DNA of 64,000 bases, from positions 85,045 to 149,044 of the forward strand of contig CAJXSL010000003.1 of assembly GCA_913060875.1 (NCBI GenBank), read 5' to 3'. The notes beneath the pieces were generated by a model, which saw only the letters and a list, made by a program, of their open reading frames with translations, was not told the origin of the DNA and did not search any database. Below, piece by piece: positions 45,979-56,563 of the stretch (positions are counted from its first letter, which is position 1; the number at the start of each line of letters is the position of its first letter). A program made the translations under genes and the position numbers. The DNA comes from an uncultured Desulfobacteraceae bacterium (lineage in GTDB: Bacteria; Desulfobacterota; Desulfobacteria; Desulfobacterales; UBA5852).

Positions 45979-48900
45979 CTAGGTAAACCGTTTCAGGGTC
46001 TTCAGGTAGCCGGGATAACAGGACAGATAAAACGACAGGACCCGGGCGAAATCCCGGCCGAGCACGCCGTCGATGAACATCTGGCTGATGTCGCGCTGGC
46101 GCTGGAGCGTCATCTGGGACGTGATGAAAATATGGCGCTCCTCTTCCGTCAGGGTGGCCAAAAGCTGCACGAGGGCGCTGCGGGCGCGGGGCTGGTACAT
46201 CCAGAAATACAGCAGGTCGAGCGCATGAATCATCAGGATCTTTTCCAGGTCACGGGCTTCGGCATTGGCCCGCTCGCGAAACCGGGCCGGCTTCTCGAGA
46301 ATTTCCATGGTGCGGGATTCCGGAAAAAGCAGTTCAAGCTGGGCATGGATGTTGAACAGGGCCGCGAATATTTTACGGTAAGCCCGTGAGCGCATCTGGA
46401 TATTCTTGAAACGGTCCGCCGTGCCCTCGATGATGCCCGCCACCAAGTCGGAAGCGAGTTTGCTGATCACGGCCGCCCATTTCTGAAGCACCAGAGCCGG
46501 GGCGGCCACCCCCGCGAAGGCCAGGAGGCTCCCTATTGCCAAATTGAAAAGAATGGCGATGGGAATGGAAAGAACGCTTCGGAAGAAGTTCCCCAGGACG
46601 GCCCCCCGTGGAAGGCCCCGGAATGCATTGTGGCTGGAGAGATAAAGGCCGTTGGTGAGCGCCATGAAACTGTAGAGGGCCACCGGCTGGGTAGCGGCAT
46701 TGATGTTGAAACCCTGGTCGAGAATCACCGTTTTGGCTAGATAGTCCAACAGCGGTACGGAAAACCCGGTAAAGAGCAGCGAATCGGCAATCCGGCCCCA
46801 GTTGACATAGGCCTTCCAATGCAGAAGGGGTGAGCGTCGCAGGCCGCCCCCGCCCAGCACGGATTGAAGGATATTGCGCAGCCCGGTAATGCCGAACCAG
46901 ATAAATGCGCCCCCGTAGGCCAGCAGCCACCAATCTTTGGTCAGGGCAAAGGTGGCAAATGCCGGAATGAAGCCCACCAGCACCTTGATGAAGTTGCACA
47001 GGTTGGAATTGAGGTAGGTCCAGGACAGCCGGGGCCGCTGGGTTTTGTCGGCCGGGGCGGTCAACCGCAACTGATTGTCCACCGCCTTTGCGACCCCGCC
47101 CAGGGTTACGATATTGCCTTCCGATGCCATGCGGGCCGCATCCCCCTGGACCGCCCAATCGACCATACGGTCGTGGCCGAGATGCCGCAAACCGGGCAGC
47201 CAGGCACTCAGGCGATAGGCGGACCGCCCCTGCAAGGTGGTGGCCCTGCGGGGAATCAGGGTAAGTCGTTTGAGAACCGGAATCCGCATGGGAATCAAGG
47301 CCCGGCCCACCCCGATCTCCCGTTTGATGGACTTCCAGGCCCTGTTGGACAGACTGTCGATGACGGCCAATCCCATCCCGTGAACGCCCCGGGTCTGGCC
47401 GGTGGAGTCCGATCCGATCCGGGCCTTGAGGGGTTTTTCTTTGTAGAAGGCCTGCAGTCCGATGATGTCGTGCAAAATATAGGTCAGTTTTTCGACCTGG
47501 CTGGCCCGGTGGTCGGGATGGCCCTGCCCCTGCTCCACCGACGCAATGATGTCAAGTATCAATCCCTTCAGGGCCATCGGATTCTGTTCGTTGACGGCTT
47601 CCTGAAGGCGGCTGATGGCTTCGATATGCTCGGTCTGGGAACGGGCCCAATCTTTCAGGTTGAAAAGCTCCAGGCGCGTGATCATGCCCTCGCAGTCGTA
47701 GATCAGCTCAAGCACGTCTTCCGGCCGCAACCCTGTCAGGTTGAGGGTCACCCGATAACCGGACTGCAACCCGGCCAGGCGGTCCAGCAGGGCTTTGGGC
47801 GACTGGATCAGATCGGCAAGCGTCTTGTCGGATTGGCCGGGCACCGACGGATTGGGGATCCCCGGGTTGCGGGCGGGGTTCAGGTAGTTCGCCACCAGCT
47901 TCTCCAGGTCCATGCCATTCCATTTGTGGAACCATTGGGCAATGCGCTCCTGCTCCTCGGGAGCGGCCGAGGGATATTGGGATCGCAGCGCTTCGGCGCG
48001 GGTCTGCAGGACAGCGAGAATCTTCTGCTCGATAAACTTCACCAGATGGAGGGGCGCCCGTTGGCCCATACCGACAAAATCGAGAAATTCCCCCATTTCG
48101 ATGGGCGCCAGGTCGATATCGTATTCCCGCCTGAGGTGGTCCCGGTGGGTGCGGTTGAAGGCTTCCAGCAGGGCGGAAACATAGGCCTGCTTGTAGCGCG
48201 AGAGCAGCCGTCCCTCCCGCATCATCCGGCGGACGGACGGCTCTTCCAGAAAACAGAGAAAATCCTGGGCATCGGCAAAACCGCGCGGCGTCCAAATCAA
48301 TTGAATGTAGCGGCCCCGGAAGCGGGCCGGAAATTCAATGCCGATACGCACATCGATGGCCATGATGTCGGCCGCCTCCAACAGTTCGGCGGCAAAACGC
48401 GGCTCGATATAATTGTAATGCACCACCCGAAGCCGCCGGATGCCCTTGATCCAGGCATCCATGATCAGGTGGGTGGAAGACTTGCGCCCCTTGGTGTTGA
48501 CATCGTGGACATGGTCGTCGAAAGTCACCTGGTTCCAGTCTTCCGGCATCTCCAGCAGATGATAGCGTGCCAGCTGGCGGCGCACCATGCGGGGCCGCCC
48601 CGAGACCGTCATTCGGAAATCGTGGGCCAGCGCCAGCTGGCGGTAGGCATCGCCCCGGGCCCGCACGAGTTCCTTCATGATCTGCAGGAGCACCCGGGCC
48701 GTGTTTTTGGGCATGGGACCTTCGGCCGTATCCAGCACCTCGTCTTTCAGGGAGCGCAGGGCGCTGAGGCGCTGATCCATGCGGCCGACCTCGAGGGACG
48801 TGAGCAGATGCACCATGGCGTAGGCAATCCGCAGACTTCGGGATTCCGCCAATTCCTTGATGCCCTCGGGATGAAAATAGCCGTAGTACTCCCGTCGGGC

Positions 48901-49026
48901 ATAGCTCAGGTCTTCATCCTGCCGCATCACGGCCCCGATGATGTTGATCAGTTCATGGTCCCGCCGGTCGAAAAGCAAGGGGGAGATGGGAGGTTTGTCG
49001 TCTATCGAAATATTTTGGCGATGCAT
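45979..49026 (-). CDS. Large hypothetical protein: ~560-aa soluble N-terminal region plus polytopic C-terminal membrane region
   Basis: 1015 aa counting from the ATG at 49026 (MHRQNISIDD). The C-terminal third has at least 6 hydrophobic helices (e.g. VLVGFIPAFATFALT, WWLLAYGGAFIWFGITGL, SIPIAILFNLAIGSLLAFAGVAAPALVL). I recognise no family with confidence. Confidence 0.7.
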   Translation of the reverse strand: MHRQNISIDDKPPISPLLFDRRDHELINIIGAVMRQDEDLSYARREYYGYFHPEGIKELAESRSLRIAYAMVHLLTSLEVGRMDQRLSALRSLKDEVLDTAEGPMPKNTARVLLQIMKELVRARGDAYRQLALAHDFRMTVSGRPRMVRRQLARYHLLEMPEDWNQVTFDDHVHDVNTKGRKSSTHLIMDAWIKGIRRLRVVHYNYIEPRFAAELLEAADIMAIDVRIGIEFPARFRGRYIQLIWTPRGFADAQDFLCFLEEPSVRRMMREGRLLSRYKQAYVSALLEAFNRTHRDHLRREYDIDLAPIEMGEFLDFVGMGQRAPLHLVKFIEQKILAVLQTRAEALRSQYPSAAPEEQERIAQWFHKWNGMDLEKLVANYLNPARNPGIPNPSVPGQSDKTLADLIQSPKALLDRLAGLQSGYRVTLNLTGLRPEDVLELIYDCEGMITRLELFNLKDWARSQTEHIEAISRLQEAVNEQNPMALKGLILDIIASVEQGQGHPDHRASQVEKLTYILHDIIGLQAFYKEKPLKARIGSDSTGQTRGVHGMGLAVIDSLSNRAWKSIKREIGVGRALIPMRIPVLKRLTLIPRRATTLQGRSAYRLSAWLPGLRHLGHDRMVDWAVQGDAARMASEGNIVTLGGVAKAVDNQLRLTAPADKTQRPRLSWTYLNSNLCNFIKVLVGFIPAFATFALTKDWWLLAYGGAFIWFGITGLRNILQSVLGGGGLRRSPLLHWKAYVNWGRIADSLLFTGFSVPLLDYLAKTVILDQGFNINAATQPVALYSFMALTNGLYLSSHNAFRGLPRGAVLGNFFRSVLSIPIAILFNLAIGSLLAFAGVAAPALVLQKWAAVISKLASDLVAGIIEGTADRFKNIQMRSRAYRKIFAALFNIHAQLELLFPESRTMEILEKPARFRERANAEARDLEKILMIHALDLLYFWMYQPRARSALVQLLATLTEEERHIFITSQMTLQRQRDISQMFIDGVLGRDFARVLSFYLSCYPGYLKTLKRFT

Positions 49027-49285
49027 AGGGTCCCTGAATCCCGGCGGCAACCATTTCCCGGGATGCCCAAAAAAGATGTTTCTCCAACCGCCATGAAAGA
49101 GGCGCAAAATTAAGACTAACAATTTCCTAACATTTCGACAAGGCGATGATGGCTTCACCCGCAAGCCTCACCGCCGGCCCCTTGACGCCACCCCCCCGAG
49201 AGGTCATATTGCCGGAGTAAAATCCTGCTGTTATCGGAAACCGTCGGCATAATGCCGACGCTCAGCCCTTTGGCAGCCAATCCGC

Positions 49286-50572
49286 ATGCCCCCTTCACCT
49301 ACTGAGGAGAAACGTGTGACCGACCCCCAACCTCGTGGCCGTTTCATTCCCTTCCGCAAATCCGACCTGGTCGCCATGTGCCGGCAAGCCGGACTGGTGC
49401 CGCAACAGGCCCAAAGCGACTTCAACGACTTCCGCCGCATTCTGGAAGCCTTGCTGCATTTCGAATACCACCACCTGCTGGAATCCCTCAAGGACGCCTA
49501 CGCCCCCTTCAACCCCGATGCCGACACCCGACCCATTCGTCCCCCTGAACCGGCAGCCCTCCAGGCCCACCAGAAGGCCTTTGTTCAGAAAATGAACGCC
49601 TTGCTGGATGCCGCCAATTTCGAGCCCATCACCCAAAACGATTTGAAGGAGGCCCTGTCGGAGGAATCCCTTTTCAAGATCCGTCTGGAAGTAGACTTCG
49701 ACGACTTCGAAGAAGTCCTCTTTTTCCGGCGGGGGGAACGCCGGAAAGCGGAAACTATTGTCTCCTGGGCCGGTCTGAAAAAAACGCCCCTAACCTTTAC
49801 CAACTACGATCGGGTGGTGGTCTATATCAAATTCAAGGATGCGGCCTATTTTACCGCCGCCGGCCGGCGCGACCTTCCCTACCAGCCCGGCGCGACCCTG
49901 ATCAAACTTTTCCAGAACGTGCCCAAGGCCGACCTGGAAATGCTCTTTCCCAACAGCGAAGTGCGCATGAAAACCATCGACAAGCTGATCATCGGGATTC
50001 CGGCCGCGGTAAGCGGGGCGGTTGTGGTGGTCTCCAAGCTGGGGGCCTCCCTGGCACTGGTGGGCTCCCTGGTGGCATTCTGGCTGGGATTGCGGGAAAC
50101 CACGGTGGATATTGATCAAAAACATCTGGTGGCCCTGGGCCTGGGGCTGGTGGCCCTGGGGGGCTTTCTGTTCAAACAAATCAATAAATTCAAAAACCGT
50201 AAAATCCGCTTTATGAAAGCCCTGGCTGAAAATCTCTATTTCAAGAACCTGGACAACAACGCCGGGGTTTTCCACCACCTGATCGACGCTGCCGAAGAAG
50301 AGGAATTCAAAGAGGCTCTGTTGGCCTATCTTTTTCTGGCGCAACACGAAGCGGGACTCACCCGCCAGGCACTGGACGACGCCGTGGAAAGCTGGCTGGA
50401 GAAAGACTGGGACTGCGCCATCGACTTCGAGGTGGACGACGCTCTGGACAAGCTGGAGCGCTGGGGGCTCGTTCAGCACCAGGGCGACCGCCTCACAGCC
50501 CTGCCCCTGGCCGAGGCCAAAACCTGCCTGGACCATACCTGGGACAACTTCTTCACCTATCAGCAGGCATAA
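49286..50572 (+). CDS. DUF3754/TMEM143-like membrane protein (recalled resemblance, not verified)
   Basis: 428 aa with two central TM helices (IIGIPAAVSGAVVVVSKLGASLALVGSLVAFWLG; LVALGLGLVALGGFLF). The likely true start is the GTG at 49316, preceded by gaggag. Confidence 0.7.
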   Translation: MPPSPTEEKRVTDPQPRGRFIPFRKSDLVAMCRQAGLVPQQAQSDFNDFRRILEALLHFEYHHLLESLKDAYAPFNPDADTRPIRPPEPAALQAHQKAFVQKMNALLDAANFEPITQNDLKEALSEESLFKIRLEVDFDDFEEVLFFRRGERRKAETIVSWAGLKKTPLTFTNYDRVVVYIKFKDAAYFTAAGRRDLPYQPGATLIKLFQNVPKADLEMLFPNSEVRMKTIDKLIIGIPAAVSGAVVVVSKLGASLALVGSLVAFWLGLRETTVDIDQKHLVALGLGLVALGGFLFKQINKFKNRKIRFMKALAENLYFKNLDNNAGVFHHLIDAAEEEEFKEALLAYLFLAQHEAGLTRQALDDAVESWLEKDWDCAIDFEVDDALDKLERWGLVQHQGDRLTALPLAEAKTCLDHTWDNFFTYQQA

Positions 50573-50632
50573 GGGCTAAAGGATCCGGGGATTCCAGGGG
50601 TCAATAATCCCAGGGTGAATGCCCACACCCCC

Positions 50633-52075
50633 CTACACCCAACGCATCTTGATCAGCACCTTGAACATTCTCTCGAACGTCTTGCCATAGGGCGGATAAA
50701 GGAACGCCGCCCCGAGAGGCTTGGCCGCCTGGCGGAAGACCGGGCGCAGCTTGGAGAACTCGGCAAAGCCTTCGTAGCCGTGATACTGCCCCATCCCGCT
50801 GTTGCCGATGCCGCCGAAGGGCATGTCATGCTGGGCCACGTGCATGGCGCAGTCGTTGATGCTGACCCCGCCGGACATGGTGCGGGCGATGACGGTATCC
50901 TGCACCCCGCGGTCGTTGGTGAAAAGGTAAAGCGCCAGGGGGCGTTCGTGGGCATTGATGTAGTCAATGACCTCGTCCAGGCTCTGGTAGGTCTTGATGG
51001 GCAGCAGGGGGCCGAAAATCTCGTGCTGCATCACCGCCATTTCATCCGTGACATCCCGCAGGATGGTGGGCGGAATCTTGCACAAATCCGCATCCGGAGC
51101 CGCGCCATCGATCAAATGGTCGATCGCGGCCCCTTTGGAGCGGGCGTCTTCGATCACGCCGGTCAACCGCTGGAAGCTCCTTGCGTTGATAATGGCGGTA
51201 AAATCCGGCGTGTCCAGCCGGGGATAGCGGGCCCGGACGATTCGCCGCGCCGCTGCCACGAAGGCCTCGACCTTGTGGGCCGGCATCATCAGGTAGTCCG
51301 GCGCCACGCAGGTCTGACCGGCATTCATGTACTTGACGTGTAAAATCCGCTCGGCTGCCGTCCGGATGTCAAAATCATCGGCAATAATGGTGGGAGATTT
51401 GCCGCCCAGCTCCAGGGTCACCGGGGTCAGGTTGTCGCTGGCGGTCTTCATCACGGTGCGTCCGGAGGCCGGCGAACCGGTAAATACCAGATGGTCGAAG
51501 GGCAGGGGGGTAAAGTCCCGCGCGCTGACACCGGGCAGAATCGCCAGCAGGTCCTCGGAGAATTCCGGCGCCAGGATGTCATGCAGGAGATGGCTGAGCC
51601 GCTGGGCATTGGCGGCCATCTTGACCATGCAGCGGTTCCCGGCGGCCAGGGCGCTGGTCAGCGGGCTGATGACCAGGAACAGGGGATAGTTCCAGGGGGC
51701 GATCATGCCGACCACCCCTTTGGGCTGGGGGATGACCTGGTTGCGGGCGCCTTTGAACCACAGGGACACATGACGCTTTTGGGGTTTCATCCATTTTTTG
51801 AGTTTCCGCCGGGTGTCGCGCAGCCCGTCGATGGCCGGGAAAAGCTCCAGGATCTTGGTCTCCTGGATCGAACGGTTGCCGAAATCCCGGGAAACCGCCT
51901 CGGCAATGGCATCCTGATGCTTGATCAGTACGTTTTCCAGCTTTTGCAAAATGGCCCGCCGCCCTTCCACGGACGAAGGCGGATTGTTCAGGCAGGCGGC
52001 TTTCTGGCGCTCGAAAATTTCCTGGGCTCGGCTGGCGGCATCCCCGATCGGGACCACCTGGGCGGCTGGGTTCAT
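50633..52075 (-). CDS. Aldehyde dehydrogenase (class 3 / coniferyl-aldehyde dehydrogenase-like)
   Basis: 480 aa containing ELGGKSP, NAGQTCVAPDY (catalytic Cys) and FGGIGNSGMG. The RBS ggagga lies upstream. Confidence 0.9.
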   Translation of the reverse strand: MNPAAQVVPIGDAASRAQEIFERQKAACLNNPPSSVEGRRAILQKLENVLIKHQDAIAEAVSRDFGNRSIQETKILELFPAIDGLRDTRRKLKKWMKPQKRHVSLWFKGARNQVIPQPKGVVGMIAPWNYPLFLVISPLTSALAAGNRCMVKMAANAQRLSHLLHDILAPEFSEDLLAILPGVSARDFTPLPFDHLVFTGSPASGRTVMKTASDNLTPVTLELGGKSPTIIADDFDIRTAAERILHVKYMNAGQTCVAPDYLMMPAHKVEAFVAAARRIVRARYPRLDTPDFTAIINARSFQRLTGVIEDARSKGAAIDHLIDGAAPDADLCKIPPTILRDVTDEMAVMQHEIFGPLLPIKTYQSLDEVIDYINAHERPLALYLFTNDRGVQDTVIARTMSGGVSINDCAMHVAQHDMPFGGIGNSGMGQYHGYEGFAEFSKLRPVFRQAAKPLGAAFLYPPYGKTFERMFKVLIKMRWV

Positions 52076-52174
52076 AAGGTCATCCTCCGAATTTTTAGTT
52101 ATTGCCTTAATTCATAAGACCGTTTGAGGGCCCGATCAAGACATAGACCGTTAAATTCAACGGATAGCTCAAAC

Positions 52175-53602
52175 TTAATTTTGGTTGATCACGACCATTT
52201 TAATGGTGGTCATGTCCTCGATGGCAAAGCGGACCCCCTCGCGGCCCAGTCCGCTACGTTTGTTGCCGCCGTAAGGGAAATGATCCAGTCGAAAGGTCGG
52301 CGTGTCATTGATCATGACACCCCCCACATCCAGGGTTCGTACGGCCTGCATGGCTTTGCGGATGTCATTGGTGTAGATGCCGGCCTGCAGCCCGAAGGCC
52401 GAGGCATTGACGCTGGCCAGGGCCGCGTCGAAATTCTCATAGGAGACGATGGAGACCACCGGCGCAAAGATCTCCAGGCACATGACCTTCATGGATTCGG
52501 TCACCCCGGTGAGGACCGTGGGCATGTAGACCCGTTCGCGGGCCTCCCCGCCCACGGCGACGGCAGCCCCCTGGGCCACGGCTTCGCGGACCCAGGCATC
52601 AATCCGGCGGACTTCCCGGGGGGCGATCATGGGCCCCACGTCGCAGCCGGGCTCCAGGGGATCGCCCACCTTCAAGCCCTTGACCTTGTCCACGAAAATC
52701 CGGGTAAACGCCTCGGCACAGTCCCGGTGTACGTAGATCCGCTGCAGGGAAATGCACACCTGGCCGGCATTGGCAAATGCGCTCACCACGCAGCGTTCGG
52801 CCGCCTTGTCCAGATCCGCGTCCGGCTCGATCAGGGTGGCCGAATTGTTGCCCAGCTCCAGGGTCACCTTCTTGATCCCCGCTTTGCGGATGATCTGCTC
52901 CCCCACGTCCGGGGAGCCGGTGAAGGTGATTTTCCGGCAGTCCGGATGGGTAACGATGGCATCCCCGACAACCGCACCTTCGCCTACCACGATGTTCAGC
53001 ACCCCACGGGGCAGCCCGGCCTCCATGAGAAGTTCCCCCAGCTTGAGCGCTGATAAAGGCGTGGCCGAGGCGGGCTTCAAAACCACGGTGTTGCCGGCGG
53101 CCAAGGCCGGGGCCACCTTGTGCGCCACCAGGTTGAGGGGAAAGTTAAAGGGCGTAATGGCGCCGATCACTCCCACCGGTTCCCGGAGATAGTAGCCGAA
53201 ACGGTTATCCCCGAAACGGCTGGCATCCAGAGGAATGGTTTCGCCGTGGATGCGTTTGGCCTCTTCGGCGGCAAACTTGAAGGTTTCCGAGCTCCGCTGG
53301 ACTTCGTTCAGGGAAAACTTCAACGCCTTGCCGGTTTCCCGGGTGATGACTTCGGCCAGGGCCTCCGCCCCTTGCCAGAGGCTGTCCGCCACGGCCTCCA
53401 AAAGCGCAGCGCGCCGGTGGGCCGGCACCTGCCGGTAATCCGGGAAGGCATGCGCCGCCGCTTCGACAGCACGCCGGGCGGTGGCCGCATCCGCCAGCGG
53501 CACGTTAGCCGCCACCTCACCCGTGAATTTGTTCAACACCGGCAACTCCCGGCCGGTTTCCACCCACTGTCCGTCGATCAGTGTTTTATATGATTCAGGC
53601 AT
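52175..53602 (-). CDS. NAD(P)-dependent aldehyde dehydrogenase
   Basis: Contains LELGNNSA, NAGQVCISLQR (catalytic Cys) and PYGGNKRSGLGREG. I prefer the start MPESYKT at 53602. Confidence 0.9.
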   Translation of the reverse strand: MPESYKTLIDGQWVETGRELPVLNKFTGEVAANVPLADAATARRAVEAAAHAFPDYRQVPAHRRAALLEAVADSLWQGAEALAEVITRETGKALKFSLNEVQRSSETFKFAAEEAKRIHGETIPLDASRFGDNRFGYYLREPVGVIGAITPFNFPLNLVAHKVAPALAAGNTVVLKPASATPLSALKLGELLMEAGLPRGVLNIVVGEGAVVGDAIVTHPDCRKITFTGSPDVGEQIIRKAGIKKVTLELGNNSATLIEPDADLDKAAERCVVSAFANAGQVCISLQRIYVHRDCAEAFTRIFVDKVKGLKVGDPLEPGCDVGPMIAPREVRRIDAWVREAVAQGAAVAVGGEARERVYMPTVLTGVTESMKVMCLEIFAPVVSIVSYENFDAALASVNASAFGLQAGIYTNDIRKAMQAVRTLDVGGVMINDTPTFRLDHFPYGGNKRSGLGREGVRFAIEDMTTIKMVVINQN

Positions 53603-53742
53603 GATCCATCCTCGCAAATCGTTTGAGTTCGCCCCGGCAAGAGCCGTTGCGGTTCCGTGTCGTCCCTATCATGGTGACCAGCACCCGGATTTCAAGGCGT
53701 TCCCATTGGTTTCCAACAATCACAGCCGAGAAGGACACAGGG

Positions 53743-56517
53743 CTAAACTTTTTCAACCCGCACCGCACAGGCCTTGTACTCCGCCGTCATGGTCACCGGA
53801 TCGAACACGGGATTGGTCAGCCAGTTGGCATTGGCCTCCCGGAAATGAAAGGCCATCCAGACCATCCCCCGGGGAACGCGATCCGTCACCCGGGCCTTGG
53901 CGCACACCGCTCCCCGCCGGGATCGTACCCGCACGGTTTCGCCCTGGGCTATCGCCAGGCCGGCGGCATCATGGGGCGACATATCCACGGTTTCCTCCCC
54001 CAGGATGTCATTCATGCCGTCACAGCGCCCGGTCTGGGTGCGGGTGTGGTAATGAGCCAACCGGCGTCCCGTGCTGAGGACCAGCGGATAGTCTTCACAG
54101 GGTTGTTCGGCCGGGGGCGTCCAGTCCACGGGCGTGAAAACCCCCAGTCCGCAGGTAAAGTCCCCGTCCTTGTGAAGAAAGCAAGTGCCCGGATGGGCCT
54201 CGTCCGGGCAGGGCCACTGCAGGCCGTCGCCGTCCAGGCGTCCGTATTGGATCCCGCCGAACTGGGGGGCCAGGACGGCGATTTCATTGTCCCAGATCGC
54301 CTGGGCGCTGTCCGACGCCCATTCGTGGCCCAGCCGCCGGGCAATCTCCCTGAAAATCCACCAATTGGGCCGCGCCAGTCCGGGGGCCGGACTGGCTGTA
54401 CGCACCCGGCTTACCCGGCGTTCGCTGTTGGTAAACGTTCCCTCGTTTTCGCTCCAGGCCGCGGCCGGCAGGACAACATGGGCAAAACGCGTGGTCTCGT
54501 TAGGGAAGATGTCCTGGCAGACCAGAAATTCAGCCGAAGCCAGTTCGTGTTCCACCTTGCGAATGTCGGGCTCGGTATTGGCCAGGTTTTCCCCAAAAAT
54601 ATAAAACGCCCGCACGCTTTTATCCACCAGCCCTTCCATCATTTGGGGGATCATAAGGCCATTTTGATCCGGCAGCCGGTCGACCCCCCAGGCGGTAGCG
54701 AATTTCTCCCGGGCCTCGGGATTGATGACCGGCTGATAACCCGGGAAGACATTGGGCAGGGCCCCCATGTCGCAGGCCCCCTGGACATTGTTCTGGCCGC
54801 GCAGGGGGTTCACCCCGCCGCATGCCACCCCCATGTTGCCCAGCAGCATCTGGAGGTTGGCCACGGCCAGAACGTTGTTGCGCCCGCAGGTATGCTCGGT
54901 GATACCCAGGGTGTAGCAGAGCATCATGGGTTTCACCGCACTGATGCGCCGGGCCACCTCGCGGATCAGATCCGCATCGAGGCCGCAGATGGCGGCCGCC
55001 GTTTCCGGGGGATAGGCCTGGACCTTTTCCTTGAGGTCTTCGAATCCCACCGTGCAGGAGGCCACAAATCCCTGGTCGTAAAGTTTTTCCTCAATCAGCA
55101 CCTGCACGACACTGTTCAAAAAGGCGATGTCCGATCCCACCCGCAGGGGCACATGCAGATCGGCGTGGTCCGCCAGGGCATGCCGCCGGGGATCCACCAC
55201 GATCAGCCGAGCGCCCTTGGCCACCGCATTTTTCACATAGGTGGCCGCCACGGAGTGCGCCTCGGTCATGTTGGAACCGATCACCATGAACATTTTGGCC
55301 CGGGCGAATTCGTTGAAGGAATTCGTCATGGCCCCACTACCGAATGCTGCCGCCAGACCGGCGACGGTGGGCGCATGTCATGTGCGCGCGCAATGATCGA
55401 TATTGTTCGTACCGATCGCTGCGCGAAACAGTTTCTGCATCTGGTAAGAGTCTTCATTGATGCTGCGGGCACAACTGACCCCGGCGATGGCATCGGGCCC
55501 GTGCGTGTCCATGACGGCCTTGAAGCGCGTCGCCACCAGGTCCAGGGCCTCCTCCCAGGACGCCTCACGGAAATCGTCGCCCTCCCGGATGAGGGGCGTC
55601 TTCAGGCGCTCTTCAGAGTAGATGAAATCGTAACCGAAACGCCCCTTGACGCATAGCCGGCCCCGGTTGGGTTCGGCGTCTTCCACCCCGGAGACTTTGA
55701 CGATCCGCCCGTCCTGAACGTGCAGCCACTGCTGGCAGCCTACGCCGCAATAGGGGCAGGTGGTGCGAATTTTGTGGTCTTTCCAGGGCCGCCAGGTATA
55801 GCGTGCTTTTTTTTCCACCAGGGCGCCCACCGGGCAGGCCTGGATGCATTCCCCGCAGAAAACGCAGTCGGAATCCGCCAGGGGACGGTCACCGGCCGCC
55901 ACGATTTTGCTGTCCGCACCCCGGTAGCCATAGCTGATGGCGCGATTGACCTGCACCTCGTTGCAGGCCTGCACACATCGGCCGCAAAGAATGCAGCGCG
56001 AAAAATCCCTCACAATCATCGGATTGGCCAGCTCGGGCGGTAAACCGGCTTTGGCCGTGCGCGGGTAGCGATCGCTCCGGGCCTGGTAGGCATAGGCCAG
56101 CTCCTGGAGCTTGCAGTCGCCCCAGGCCGGGCACAGATCATCGGTCTGGTCAGCAGCCTGGACCCGCAGTTGGAATTCGGTCCAGTCGCCGTTCTCTTCT
56201 GAGGGAACGGCGCAATTGTGATTGCCGGAAGCCAGCAGCAATTCCAGTATGGTCCGGCGGGCGGCCACGACCCGCCGCGATTCGGTCTGCACCACCATGT
56301 GGGCCGCCGCCGGTGTACTGCAGGCCGGCAGAAGGGTGCGGGCCCCTTCCACTTCCACCACGCAGACCCGGCACGCCCCCGTGGGGCTCGTGCCCTTGAG
56401 ATGGCACAGGGTGGGGATGGGGATGCCATGGGCCTCGGCCACCTCAAGCAGGGTCTGTCCGGTCCGAAATGCCAGGGACTGGCCGTTCATGATGAGGGTT
56501 TCTTGTTTTTCCGACAT
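53743..56517 (-). CDS. fdhA: Formate dehydrogenase alpha subunit, selenocysteine-containing (2Fe-2S + 4Fe-4S + Mo/W-bisPGD); UGA at 55378..55380 read as Sec
   Basis: Two same-frame ORFs are separated only by TGA: ...[33 protein letters not shown]. The N-terminus has 2Fe-2S (CRVCVVEV) and ferredoxin motifs. A SECIS-like hairpin lies 3' of the UGA. Confidence 0.9.
55333..55377 (-). promoter_or_regulatory. SECIS-like stem-loop immediately 3' of the in-frame UGA
   Basis: In the mRNA, CCCAC pairs with GUGGG as a lower stem. GUCGCC-GGUCU-GGCGGC forms the apical hairpin. The GGUCU loop resembles the E. coli fdhF SECIS apex. Confidence 0.6.
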
Positions 56518-56563
56518 GCTTTCTCTCCGTTCTCGATCAGCGCCACCATCAGCGCCGAAGGCT

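Noticed and set aside
46864-49113. 749-aa plus-strand ORF, and similar long antisense ORFs (2276..3550, 1079..2056, 13666..15027, 17246..18247, 31607..32542, 43012..43953, 53623..55656, 56849..58525, 58859..59965, 52124..53053, 26037..27083)
   Set aside because: All lie opposite genes with clear family motifs. Their G/R/P/H/Q-rich compositions are characteristic of non-coding frames in GC-rich DNA.
55330-55380. Apparent split or pseudogenisation of the formate dehydrogenase gene
   Set aside because: The interruption is a single in-frame TGA at the conserved Sec/Cys ligand position, followed by a SECIS-like hairpin. I interpret it as selenocysteine rather than a disruption.
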